NCBI GenBank assembly: GCA_965220565.1
Contig: CBDCQG010000001.1
Span: 601,691-665,690 of the forward strand
Reading direction: 5' to 3'
DNA: 64,000 nucleotides
Source: Dehalococcoidia bacterium
Lineage (GTDB): Bacteria; Chloroflexota; Dehalococcoidia; UBA6926
In this document: piece by piece, positions 35,103-43,828 of the stretch
Position numbering within the stretch: position 1 is the stretch's first letter
Layout of the letters: each line of letters begins with the position of its first letter
Made by a program: the position numbers and the translations under genes
Notes under the pieces: generated by a model
What the model saw: only the letters and a program-made list of their open reading frames with translations
Database searches by the model: none
What the model was told of the DNA's origin: nothing

Positions 35103-37435
35103 AGATTCCGGTGATCGGAGCGATTCTCAGACTGTTGCCGGGGAGACGAGGACAATCGATCCCGGGTGACGGTGGCGGACAGGACGCAGAATCGGAGCAA
35201 TGGCATGCCCCGCCCGTGAGGGGGATCTGGGGACGAATCCTCGGACGAATTCGCATTGCGACGCAGCTGTATCTCAGTATCGGCGGCGCAGTCATGCTCA
35301 CGTTGTTGGCCAGCTTGGTCGCGTGGTTCTCATTCAATAGCATCAATGATGCGCAGGACCAGGTGAATGAGGGCAGTGTGCCGGAACTGGCATCCGCATT
35401 CGGCATCGCCCAGTATGGGCAGACTCTCGTCGCCGCCGCTCCAAGCCTGACGGCGGCGGACAACAGGCAGGAATTCCAGCGGGTCGTCGGGGAAATCGAC
35501 TTTGCCTATGACGAGTTCGAGGGCCAGATGGCCGCACTGGAAGCCCAGCCCGGTGTTGACCCTGAGCGCATCCGCGTCATCAGGGATTACGCGAACACCC
35601 TTCTCTCAAATATCGATTCCATCGCCGCGCAAACGGACGGCACATTTGAATTGATTGATCTACAGAGCACCCACCAGATCAAGCTCACCGGTCTGGGAAT
35701 TGAGCTGAACAGCGTCCTCGTCCCGGCCATAGACGATCAACTCTTCTTCATCATGACGGGCTTTCCTGACATCGATCAGAATCAGGCCCAAAGGCTCGAG
35801 CACTTTTCAGAAGAACAAGTGGAGAGATATCGGCGCCTTGTTGAGATCCAATCGGATGTCAAGATCGGCGGTGAACAATTGGCCAGCGCATTCACCGCCA
35901 CTGATCCTAGGCTCGTGGATTCCTTGAGAGACGAGTTTGAGGCGGCGACAAGCAGAATCGAACGCAACATGGATTTCCTTGTGGGTACGGAGATTCATGA
36001 ACAAGCCCAACCCATCCTGACCGAGTTCTTCTCCCTGGGTCTCAGCGAGAACGGAATCTATGATGTCGTACTGCAATCACTTCAGATTGCAAGTGCCCAG
36101 CGCCAACTTGTCGAAAGTAACCGCGCCCTTTCCATTGAGTTGCTGGCTGAAGTGGACGGACTTGTCATAGCGTCACAGCAGGGAACCGTAACGGCCACGG
36201 CAGCCTCTGCCCAGGCAATACGCACCGGACGAATCCTCCTGGTCGCGATTACCGCACTGAGCGTGGTTGGGGCGCTGTTGGTGATCTGGCTATTCATCGG
36301 GCGCGTTCTGCTGCGGCGCCTGAATGCGCTGTCCAACCGGATGCAGAGCATGGCTGAGGGTGACCTGGAATCGGCGGTCGAGATCGGCGGACAGGATGAA
36401 GTCGCCGTCATGGCGTCCGCGCTTGAGGTCTTTCGAAGGCACGCGCTTGAGGTCCAACGCCTGAATCTGGTTGAGCAGCTCGCCAATGAATTGCAGGACA
36501 AGAATGAAGAGCTGGAGGGGGTTCTGGGTGAATTGCGGCAGGCTCAGGGACAGATCGTCCTGAGGGAGAAACTGGCCGCGCTGGGTGAGTTGACGGCCGG
36601 CGTCGCCCACGAAATCCGCAATCCACTCAACTTCATGAATAACTTCTCTGAGGCGTCCCAGGAACTCGTCGATGAACTCAAAGAGATCCTCGACGATCCC
36701 AAATTTGAGTTGTCGGATGATCAGAGATCCTACGTCGATGAGGTCGTGGGTGACCTCCATGACAATCTCGGACGCATCAAGTCCCACGGGGACAGGGCCA
36801 ATCGCATCGTCCATGACATGCTCCAGATCGGCCGTGATACCGGTGAGTGGGAACAGGTTGATATGAACATCCTTGTTGATCAGCAGTATCGCCTTGCGTA
36901 TCACAGCCAACGCGCGACTGACGCTGACTTCAACCTGACAACAGAAGAGGACTACGATCCCAACATCGGCACGGTGGAAGTGATACCGCAAGAGTTGGGC
37001 CGTGTCTTCCTCAACATGGTGGCGAACGCGTGCTATGCCACGGACCTTCGCCGCAAGAACCTTGCGGCTGAAGGCAGCACTGGTGGCTACACCCCCATGC
37101 TGTGGTTAAAGACGCGCCGTGAAGAAGACAAGATACGGGTCACGATTCGCGACAACGGGGTTGGAATGCCGGAGGAAGTGAGAGAGAAGATATTCAATCC
37201 ATTCTTCACCACAAAGCCCCCTGAGAAGGGGACCGGCCTCGGCCTCGCAATATCAAACGACATTGTCCGGCGGCATGGCGGATCCATCTCCGTGGCATCA
37301 GAGCCGAACGAGTTCACGGAGATGTACATTGATATCCCGTTGCAATCGGTGAAGGACCTCACGGCGGAAGAGGTGGCTGAGATGCAGGGGAATGCTGCCC
37401 AACAGGCAGAGACCGTTACTGCCGCAGACGACTAA
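35099..37435 (+). CDS. Sensor histidine kinase with a large periplasmic domain and a HAMP domain
   Basis: Two TM helices flank a ~290-aa external domain, followed by HAMP, a coiled coil, the H-box AGVAHEIRNPLN, and HATPase N, G1 and G2 boxes (NACYA, RDNGVGMP, GTGLGL). The start overlaps the SBP stop (ATGA). Confidence 0.9.
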   Translation: MKIPVIGAILRLLPGRRGQSIPGDGGGQDAESEQWHAPPVRGIWGRILGRIRIATQLYLSIGGAVMLTLLASLVAWFSFNSINDAQDQVNEGSVPELASAFGIAQYGQTLVAAAPSLTAADNRQEFQRVVGEIDFAYDEFEGQMAALEAQPGVDPERIRVIRDYANTLLSNIDSIAAQTDGTFELIDLQSTHQIKLTGLGIELNSVLVPAIDDQLFFIMTGFPDIDQNQAQRLEHFSEEQVERYRRLVEIQSDVKIGGEQLASAFTATDPRLVDSLRDEFEAATSRIERNMDFLVGTEIHEQAQPILTEFFSLGLSENGIYDVVLQSLQIASAQRQLVESNRALSIELLAEVDGLVIASQQGTVTATAASAQAIRTGRILLVAITALSVVGALLVIWLFIGRVLLRRLNALSNRMQSMAEGDLESAVEIGGQDEVAVMASALEVFRRHALEVQRLNLVEQLANELQDKNEELEGVLGELRQAQGQIVLREKLAALGELTAGVAHEIRNPLNFMNNFSEASQELVDELKEILDDPKFELSDDQRSYVDEVVGDLHDNLGRIKSHGDRANRIVHDMLQIGRDTGEWEQVDMNILVDQQYRLAYHSQRATDADFNLTTEEDYDPNIGTVEVIPQELGRVFLNMVANACYATDLRRKNLAAEGSTGGYTPMLWLKTRREEDKIRVTIRDNGVGMPEEVREKIFNPFFTTKPPEKGTGLGLAISNDIVRRHGGSISVASEPNEFTEMYIDIPLQSVKDLTAEEVAEMQGNAAQQAETVTAADD

Positions 37436-37461
37436 ACTCGTCGTTGCCCGCCTGCTGCCTG

Positions 37462-38313
37462 TCAGGACTTGGGGTTTATCTGCTGAGACACCGCAGGCGT
37501 GTCCCATTCGGCTTCTATATCCGGCGCAGATGTCCTGAACCTGCCGACAAGATCCGAGACTCTGTGTTCCTCCAGGTCGGCGGGAAGGCGTGCAAGGTTC
37601 ACCGTCGGCGGGAGCACGATACCGCCTGAGAAGACCAATCTCATCGCATCATCGGGATTGAGATTCGTCTCGATGACATCGTCTTCGAATACGAAGGCCA
37701 TGTTGCCGGATGTCGGATTCGGGATGGTCGGTATGTACACGCTGACCATCGACGTGTGGGTGTCCGGGGAATACATGCGCCCGGTGACGAAGCCCAGGGC
37801 GATCATACCCTCGCGCGGCCACTCAACGAACACGACCCGGCTGAAGCTCGTCTTGGTGCTGCCGATGGAGGCCATCGCCTGCCGCATCATGTTAAAGACG
37901 ACCTTCACAATAGGGATGGAACCGAGAACAATGTTGAAACCGTTCATAACCCTGCGGCCACCTGCGAATGAGACGAGAAGGCCGAAAAGATAGAAGATGA
38001 TTGCAAGAGTGATTGCGCCAACTCCCCAGAAGTCAAGGCCCAGGCTGAAATCGTTATCTCCGATGGTGATGTCGAGTGTCGGTAGATCCAATAGTCGGAT
38101 GAGCGGTCTGATCAGGCCGTCCGCATAGCCCACAAGGAACGCAGCGGCGCCGATTGTCACAAGCAACGGGACGAGTTCAAAGAGGCCATCCATAACACGC
38201 TTTTGAACGTGTTGCTCTACAGATGAGAAATTACCCTTCTTTCTGTTTGTCCCCTCCCTTGTGGTGGAATCCTCGTTGGTGGGAGTTTCACTACCCCTGT
38301 CATCCGTACTCAC
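37462..38313 (-). CDS. DUF502-family membrane protein
   Basis: Two or three TM helices and the conserved YIPTIPNPTSGNMAFV segment. GTG start; the N-terminal extent is uncertain. Confidence 0.75.
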   Translation of the reverse strand: MSTDDRGSETPTNEDSTTREGTNRKKGNFSSVEQHVQKRVMDGLFELVPLLVTIGAAAFLVGYADGLIRPLIRLLDLPTLDITIGDNDFSLGLDFWGVGAITLAIIFYLFGLLVSFAGGRRVMNGFNIVLGSIPIVKVVFNMMRQAMASIGSTKTSFSRVVFVEWPREGMIALGFVTGRMYSPDTHTSMVSVYIPTIPNPTSGNMAFVFEDDVIETNLNPDDAMRLVFSGGIVLPPTVNLARLPADLEEHRVSDLVGRFRTSAPDIEAEWDTPAVSQQINPKS

Positions 38314-38685
38314 CGGTCCACTTCCCCTCTGCGCTCATACGAGCCGATCCCATCAATACAGATGGCGAACACCCCACCTGCTACGACCGTACTCTAGCAT
38401 ATGCACTGTCCCATCAGGATGGACTGTGGCAAGGCCTGCAAGCATAGGGATGCGCCCATTGTTATTGGGAAGACATGGGCAAGAATGAGCGGCGAATTCG
38501 CCTGCAAAAATCTTAACTGAATTCATACACGTCATTTTCTGGCCCTTAATCCCCGCGCCGTAGCGTAGGAGTCAGGAAGGGAACGCGGGCGGCACTGTCA
38601 TTCATGCACAGCGTCACGGGGATTAAATGGGAATGGCACGAATGGCCGCAGAGCAGTGCTGCGGCCCAAACAAGGGGGAAGCACT

Positions 38686-38823
38686 ATGATGCAGGACACT
38701 CAGGAGAAGATTCTGGATGAGGCTGAGGACACCACCCAGGAGAACGACGCCGAGCCCGAGTTCGAGCAAGAAGAGACCACAGACGACGATGCTGAGGAAT
38801 CTGAAGAGGAAGACTCGGAATAA
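38686..38823 (+). CDS. Small, extremely acidic hypothetical protein (45 aa)
   Basis: MMQDTQEKILDEAEDTTQENDAEPEFEQEETTDDDAEESEEEDSE. GGGGGAAG lies 6 nt upstream of the ATG, and a strong terminator hairpin lies about 95 nt downstream. It is below the ORF-track size cut-off. Confidence 0.4.
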   Translation: MMQDTQEKILDEAEDTTQENDAEPEFEQEETTDDDAEESEEEDSE

Positions 38824-38919
38824 CGAGCATTCGGCCGCTCCGGAGATCTGAGGACAGATCGCGTTCCCGGGACTCACAAGGCAGGTTGCTGTATCTCCGG
38901 AGAGGACGACCCAAAGCAG

Positions 38920-38946
38920 ACGAGCCGCGCCAAAAGCGCGGCTCGT
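38920..38946. terminator. Bidirectional intrinsic-terminator-like hairpin
   Basis: ACGAGCCGCGC, caaaa loop, GCGCGGCTCGT (11 bp). It is followed by TCTCTTTGT on the plus strand and TCTGCTTTGG on the minus strand. It sits between the convergent acidic micro-ORF and tRNA-Thr. Confidence 0.6.
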
Positions 38947-38959
38947 TCTCTTTGTCATG

Positions 38960-39034
38960 TGGAGCCAGCGATCGGATTTGAACCGATGGCCTGCGGTTTA
39001 CGAAACCGCTGCTCTACCCCTGAGCTACGCTGGC
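38960..39034 (-). tRNA. tRNA-Thr (anticodon CGU), CCA encoded
   Basis: Minus-strand read GCCAGCG...CGCTGGC-T-CCA. Anticodon arm GCGGT-TTCGTAA-ACCGC, T-loop TTCAAAT. Confidence 0.9.
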
Positions 39035-39115
39035 CTGAAGCATCTCACCAATCCGGGAATGCAGTGAGCAAACCCTGATTCAATTCTACCAAATGAGACC
39101 TGTATCCTTGACTGA

Positions 39116-39730
39116 ATGGGTACTCGTTCGATTACTGTTCTTGGCGTCACTGCGGTCTTTGTTGTATTCGCTCTTGGGTCATGCACGTCTTTTGGCGCGT
39201 CAACATCCATGCCCTCACCCGAGTCCCGGCGTCCGGATATTCGTGTTCTTCCGCCAACTCTCACTGCCGCGCCCTCCGCAACGCCCACAGGCGCCGCAAC
39301 CCCCACACCGTCACCGGGTGAAGAGGGATTTCTAGCCATTGAGGACGTGGAGGACCCGGCGTCGATCCGGGAGATATTCATCAACGGTCACGTCTTTGTA
39401 CTCGAAATCGCGGATACCCCTGCTGAGCGGGCGCTCGGCCTGATGCATCGTGAAAGCCTCGCTGAAGACGCGGGTATGCTGTTCGTCTTCTCCGCGGAAC
39501 GGACGCTGAACTTCTGGATGAAGGGCACGCTGATTTCGTTGGATATCCTTTATATCGATGCAGAGGGCGTCGTCGTGGATATCCGGACGATGCACCCGCA
39601 GCCGGGTGTGCCGGATTCTGAACTCAGGAGTTATCCGAGCGCCGCGCCTGCGCAGTACGCCCTGGAAATCAATGCCGGCCTTGCGGAATCACACGGTTTC
39701 ACGGTAGGGGATCAGGCCTACGTCCGCTGA
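39116..39730 (+). CDS. DUF192-family secreted protein or lipoprotein
   Basis: Signal peptide with a Cys (ALGSC), a Pro/Thr/Ala-rich linker, then the DUF192 core A.TP.ER..GLM.R..L....GMLFVF......FWMK.T.I.LD. Confidence 0.8.
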   Translation: MGTRSITVLGVTAVFVVFALGSCTSFGASTSMPSPESRRPDIRVLPPTLTAAPSATPTGAATPTPSPGEEGFLAIEDVEDPASIREIFINGHVFVLEIADTPAERALGLMHRESLAEDAGMLFVFSAERTLNFWMKGTLISLDILYIDAEGVVVDIRTMHPQPGVPDSELRSYPSAAPAQYALEINAGLAESHGFTVGDQAYVR

Positions 39731-39750
39731 CTGAATGCGGGTGTGAAGGA

Positions 39751-40404
39751 TCAACCGGTGGCGTTGCCGCTCCGTTCGCCTCGGCCTCGCGCGAACCTGG
39801 CGGCCTCTCGCGCCAGGGCGGCGATTCCTGTTGTCGGCACCGTAATCGTGCGTGGTCCCGCATAGAGATTCGTCACGCGGTGTTGCGCCGGAGTGCCTGC
39901 CCAGATCAGGATGACGTCGCCCCATTTCAGATCGCTTGCAGCATCCCGCTGATTGGCATTGCCGAGCCCGTTGACGAATCGCCACTCAACCGATCGAGGC
40001 GTAATCTGTCGTATTCGCGCCCATTTGGGATTGGTGCCCCCGACGACAACTGCGCGTGAGAGTCCGGCGCCGCTCATGGCTGCGGCCATCTCATTCAGAG
40101 CGCGCCTGTCGACGGAACCGCCGCACACCTCGCAGGCGTCCCGTTCCACAAGGATCAACGCGCGAGGCTCAGGGATCTGACGCTCCTGCTCATGCAGCGT
40201 CTCCCGGCATCCCTGGTTCGCGCAGTGGAGCGCCAGCCGCGCTTCAAGCGCCTGCTCAGCACCCGGCTCCTTGTGGACGGCCATGTTGGTTCTTCCGGCG
40301 CGGGTGAACCCCGCATCCTCCAGGACTGCGCGCGCAATGACTTGCTGCTCCGTGCCGGAGATACCAAGAGAGTTCAGAAAGACCGATACGGGTCGATTCT
40401 TCAT
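39751..40404 (-). CDS. Hypothetical protein with a four-Cys zinc-ribbon-like motif and a DUF2325-like C-terminal domain
   Basis: HCANQGC...CEVCGG, then VVVGGTNPKW...DVILIWAGTPAQHRV, which resembles DUF2325. The family assignment is tentative. Confidence 0.55.
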   Translation of the reverse strand: MKNRPVSVFLNSLGISGTEQQVIARAVLEDAGFTRAGRTNMAVHKEPGAEQALEARLALHCANQGCRETLHEQERQIPEPRALILVERDACEVCGGSVDRRALNEMAAAMSGAGLSRAVVVGGTNPKWARIRQITPRSVEWRFVNGLGNANQRDAASDLKWGDVILIWAGTPAQHRVTNLYAGPRTITVPTTGIAALAREAARFARGRGERSGNATG

Positions 40405-40499
40405 GAATCCATTATCAGGGATTCCGCAAGGATGTCATGGGCAGCGGATGACGCAGGCAGGCTGTGTTACGGCTATAGTGGAAGAGGCGAAAGTGTCCT

Positions 40500-40572
40500 G
40501 CCCCCATCGTCTAGTGGCCTAGGACTGCGGCCCTTCAAGCCGCCGACAGGGGTTCGAGTCCCCTTGGGGGCA
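40500..40572 (+). tRNA. tRNA-Glu (anticodon UUC), no encoded CCA, apparent C at position 33
   Basis: GCCCCCA-TC-GTCT-AGTGGCCTA-GGAC-T-GCGGC-CCTTCAA-GCCGC-CGAC-AGGGG-TTCGAGT-CCCCT-TGGGGGC-A. The 3' flank is CTC. Confidence 0.8.
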
Positions 40573-40709
40573 CTCCGCCCGAGCTCTCGTTGCGCGTAGT
40601 GATTTCAAATACGATTTATCTACTTGAGCGAATCTGCTCAAAGCATAGTTAAGCAGCAGTCGGCTTGGCGCTTCCTAATCTGTGGTTGCGTCCCCAGATC
40701 CTGCAGACG

Positions 40710-42020
40710 TTACTCGTACCAGCCGGACGCGAGGATGTAGCCGTCGTGCAGGACAGCCCACGTGTGCTTGGGCGCGGCCTCGCCAGTATCCGGATTGCTG
40801 CGGGCGACGTATTGAACCCACCGCCCCTCTTCGGTTGCGCCAAGCAGGTCATCGCCAAAGAAGTAGCCGGTTGTATCAACACGTAGAGCGGGGTCTCTAT
40901 CCCGCAGATCAGGATTGAAATGGCCGATCGTGCGGCCTGTCTCCGCATCCACGATGAACGCGTACCACGGCCCGTCCACGTTGATGGGATCGTTGTAGTA
41001 CTCCACAGCCGCGTCGATACCGGAGGAGTCGTATAGGTTCAGAGCCTGCTGAACCACCGCCTGCGTGTACGCCTGTTGTTCTGACTTGCGGGGGCCATCC
41101 TCATACCAGCCGGAGCCGAAGATGAGGCCATCGTGCTTGATGAGCCAGGAGTGTTTCGTTTGTGAGCGACCGGTGGACGGGTTATAGAAGATGTATTCAG
41201 ACCACTCACCGTCCTCGTCCGCGTCATCAGACACGATGCGACCTGACGGATAGCCGTTTGCTCCAACGACGTCGACAAGGGGAACGCCAACGAGATCCTG
41301 GTCTGCGCCATGCGCGATGAGGCGTCCGCTCTCATCCGCGACGAACATGTACCACTGGCCGTCAACGCTGACGGGGTCGTTGTAATAGTCAACAAGCACA
41401 TCGCGGCCCGAGGCATCGTAGAGATTCATGGCAAGCCGGACGTATTCTTGTGTAAATGCCGGCTGATCTGACCTGCGCGGGCCGGGTTCGTACCAACCTG
41501 ATGTGAATCGCAGTCCATCATGCACAATTGACCACGAGTGCTTTAGTTCGAGTTCCCCAACAGGGTTCAGGCGCATATAGTCAATCCACACTCCGTCCTC
41601 AGACGCATTATCGAAAAGCATGCGCCCAAAGGGGTAGCCGTTCACTCCAGCCGATTCAGGCGCGTAGTTCCCGACAAGCTCCGGGTTGAGTGGGTGCATA
41701 AGAAGGTACCCCTCAACGCTGCTGATGACCAGGTACCATTGCCCGAGCATGCTCTCTGTGGAGCTGTAGTATTCGATAGTTTCATCAAGCCCATTGGCCT
41801 CGTAATAGTCAATGGCTGCCTGCACGTATGCCTGCGAGTATGCGGCGGGCTGACTCCTGGGCGCATCAATAGCCGGGGCGTTGTCGTCTCCGTTTGCTGT
41901 GCAGGCGCTAGCAAGCATTGCCACACTGGCGGCAAGAATCAGGAAGATGGCCGCTAACAGGATGCCCCACGGGCGCCGGATAGTAGAGTTGCGCGTTGAA
42001 TGAAGGTAGGGCATCAGCAA
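40710..42020 (-). CDS. Secreted lipoprotein made of three tandem Cache-like (sCache_2-type) domains
   Basis: Lipobox LASAC. Three ~130-aa repeats share the pattern AYTQ..V..A...Y...G.D..V.YYN.P..VDG.WY.F..D..G....H...DL.G......G....KHSW...HDGL.F.SGWYE. Confidence 0.7.
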   Translation of the reverse strand: MLMPYLHSTRNSTIRRPWGILLAAIFLILAASVAMLASACTANGDDNAPAIDAPRSQPAAYSQAYVQAAIDYYEANGLDETIEYYSSTESMLGQWYLVISSVEGYLLMHPLNPELVGNYAPESAGVNGYPFGRMLFDNASEDGVWIDYMRLNPVGELELKHSWSIVHDGLRFTSGWYEPGPRRSDQPAFTQEYVRLAMNLYDASGRDVLVDYYNDPVSVDGQWYMFVADESGRLIAHGADQDLVGVPLVDVVGANGYPSGRIVSDDADEDGEWSEYIFYNPSTGRSQTKHSWLIKHDGLIFGSGWYEDGPRKSEQQAYTQAVVQQALNLYDSSGIDAAVEYYNDPINVDGPWYAFIVDAETGRTIGHFNPDLRDRDPALRVDTTGYFFGDDLLGATEEGRWVQYVARSNPDTGEAAPKHTWAVLHDGYILASGWYE

Positions 42021-42060
42021 GTGTCCTTTTCTAGTGGTGGGTACGCGAACCTAAGAGACG

Positions 42061-42077
42061 CTAGCCTTGAAGGCTAG
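42061..42077. promoter_or_regulatory. Perfect 17-bp palindrome upstream of the Cache-repeat gene
   Basis: CTAGCCTT-G-AAGGCTAG, 41-57 nt upstream of the start codon at 42020. It could be an operator or the terminator stem of the upstream ABC operon. Confidence 0.3.
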
Positions 42078-42131
42078 TATGACACAGTCGCTTAGCTCGT
42101 TTGCCGGTGTGTGCCCGGCCTCCCTGCAGCG

Positions 42132-42836
42132 TTAAAGGAGCTGTGACAGATCGTCAGTGGGTGGGCCGTCGTAGGCCAAACCTTCGGCCCTCAACACGAG
42201 CACTCGCCGCGCCGCCCGTCGCGCCATTTCAAGGTCATGCGTGATGATCACCACGCCCTTGCCCTGTTCCGCCAGGGCGGAAAGCATGTCAAAGAAGCTG
42301 TTGCGACTGTGATAATCGAGGCTCTGCAGCGACTCATCGAGAAAGATGAACGGTCTCTGTTGCGCCAGGCAGTACGCCAGCCAGGCGCGCTGCTTTTCTC
42401 CCCCCGACAATTGAGAGAACCGGCGGCGAGCCAACTGGCGAAGGTCGCATTGATCGATGGCCTCATCCACGAGAACTGAATCAGGCTTTGACAGCCGCCA
42501 ACCGAGACTCCGCCCAGGGTTGAATCGCGCCAGGCTCACCACCTCTCTGACCGACAGGAAAGGGGGGTCCTGCACGTCTTGCGGAAGATAGGCGATGTTC
42601 CTGGAATCACCGGGTGGGCGGGCCCCAGTGTCATCGTGTTCGATCAGGATGCGTCCCTCGTTCGGTTCCAACTCTCCGACCATCAGGCGCATCAGGGTGG
42701 ATTTGCCGGTACCGTTCGCGCCCATGATGAAGACACATTCTCCCGCCGAAACGGATGTAGTGACGCCGTTCAGGATCTGTCTTGAGCCGTATGAAAACGA
42801 GACATCCCGTACGTGAATCTCGAGCGCATTGACCAT
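42132..42836 (-). CDS. ABC transporter ATP-binding protein (FepC/BtuD-like)
   Basis: Walker A GANGTGKST, signature LSGGEKQR, Walker B FIFLDES. Confidence 0.9.
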   Translation of the reverse strand: MVNALEIHVRDVSFSYGSRQILNGVTTSVSAGECVFIMGANGTGKSTLMRLMVGELEPNEGRILIEHDDTGARPPGDSRNIAYLPQDVQDPPFLSVREVVSLARFNPGRSLGWRLSKPDSVLVDEAIDQCDLRQLARRRFSQLSGGEKQRAWLAYCLAQQRPFIFLDESLQSLDYHSRNSFFDMLSALAEQGKGVVIITHDLEMARRAARRVLVLRAEGLAYDGPPTDDLSQLL

Positions 42837-42843
42837 CAGAGCG

Positions 42844-43821
42844 TCACCGAAGTTGCCTTGCTATCCATATCATCAATGGCGCTCCCAGCGCCGTCGTGAC
42901 CAGTCCAACAGGGATTTCCGACGGCATAAAGGCCAGCCTGGCGATCTGATCCCCGTAGAGGACAAGAGCGGCTCCCACCGGAACGGAAATCGCCAACACC
43001 AATCGCGCATCATTTCCAATCAGCAGCCGTACGAGGTGAGGTGTCAGGAGGCCGACGAACCCCACAACTCCTGCCAGTGAAACTCCCGCGCCGGCAAGCA
43101 CGCCCGCTGAGGCCATCGCGATAAGGCGAGTCCTGTTCGGATCGGCCCCAAGGTGACGCGCAAGGCGATCACCTAGCGCAAGGACGTTCAGGCGGCCGGC
43201 GGCCACGACGGCCAGCACGAGTCCAATGGCCAGGAACGGGAGGGTAGGTGTGATGTCATCCCAGGATCGATTGGTCACGCTGCCGCTGATGAGAAAGATG
43301 GCCTGTACGCTAAAAACCCGGGCATAGGCCAGTATTCCGGCCGTCACGGCAAGCGCCAGGGCTCCCACCGAGACGCCGATGAGGGCCAGTCGGGTCGGCG
43401 TGAGGTCTTCGCGAGAGGCAAACAGGAATATCAGGACTGAAATCACCAGGCACGCTGCGACGGACAGCGTTGCCAAACCCCATGCGCCCAACATGACAAT
43501 GCCTGCCAATGCAAGAGCCTGAACGATAGCCGCGCCGCCGCCCAGGCCGAACAGTTGAGGGTCGCCAAGCGGATTACGCGTTGCGCTCTGGATCAGCGCG
43601 CCGGACGCGCCGAATGACGCCCCGGCTATCAGCGCCGCAACCACTCTAGGCAGTCGAAATTGGTCGACGACAAGCTCGGTGGCTTCGTCCCGGCCATTGG
43701 TGACTATCGCCCACAGCGCCGTCGAGGCGTCGATATCGGCCGGGCCGTAAACTACCCCGATAACACAGCCTGCCGCGAGCAGTATCGCCAGCCCGGGCAG
43801 GACCAGTACAAGTCGGGACAA
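42844..43821 (-). CDS. FecCD-family permease (iron-chelate / cobalamin-type ABC importer)
   Basis: 325 aa with about 9-10 TM helices and FecCD-like segments (RNPLGDPQLFGLGGGAA, GFVGLLTPHLVRL). Confidence 0.9.
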   Translation of the reverse strand: MSRLVLVLPGLAILLAAGCVIGVVYGPADIDASTALWAIVTNGRDEATELVVDQFRLPRVVAALIAGASFGASGALIQSATRNPLGDPQLFGLGGGAAIVQALALAGIVMLGAWGLATLSVAACLVISVLIFLFASREDLTPTRLALIGVSVGALALAVTAGILAYARVFSVQAIFLISGSVTNRSWDDITPTLPFLAIGLVLAVVAAGRLNVLALGDRLARHLGADPNRTRLIAMASAGVLAGAGVSLAGVVGFVGLLTPHLVRLLIGNDARLVLAISVPVGAALVLYGDQIARLAFMPSEIPVGLVTTALGAPLMIWIARQLR

Positions 43822-43828
43822 CTACGAA

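Noticed and set aside
38560-38600. SRP (4.5S) RNA-like string GTCAGGAAGGGAACGC
   Set aside because: The resemblance to the domain IV consensus (GGUCCGGAAGGAAGCAGCC) is only superficial. The symmetric and asymmetric loop context and the closing helix are absent.
38623-38958. 111-aa ORF on the minus strand
   Set aside because: It is antisense to the SD-preceded acidic micro-ORF and runs through the terminator hairpin up to the tRNA-Thr 3' end. It has no RBS and no motif.
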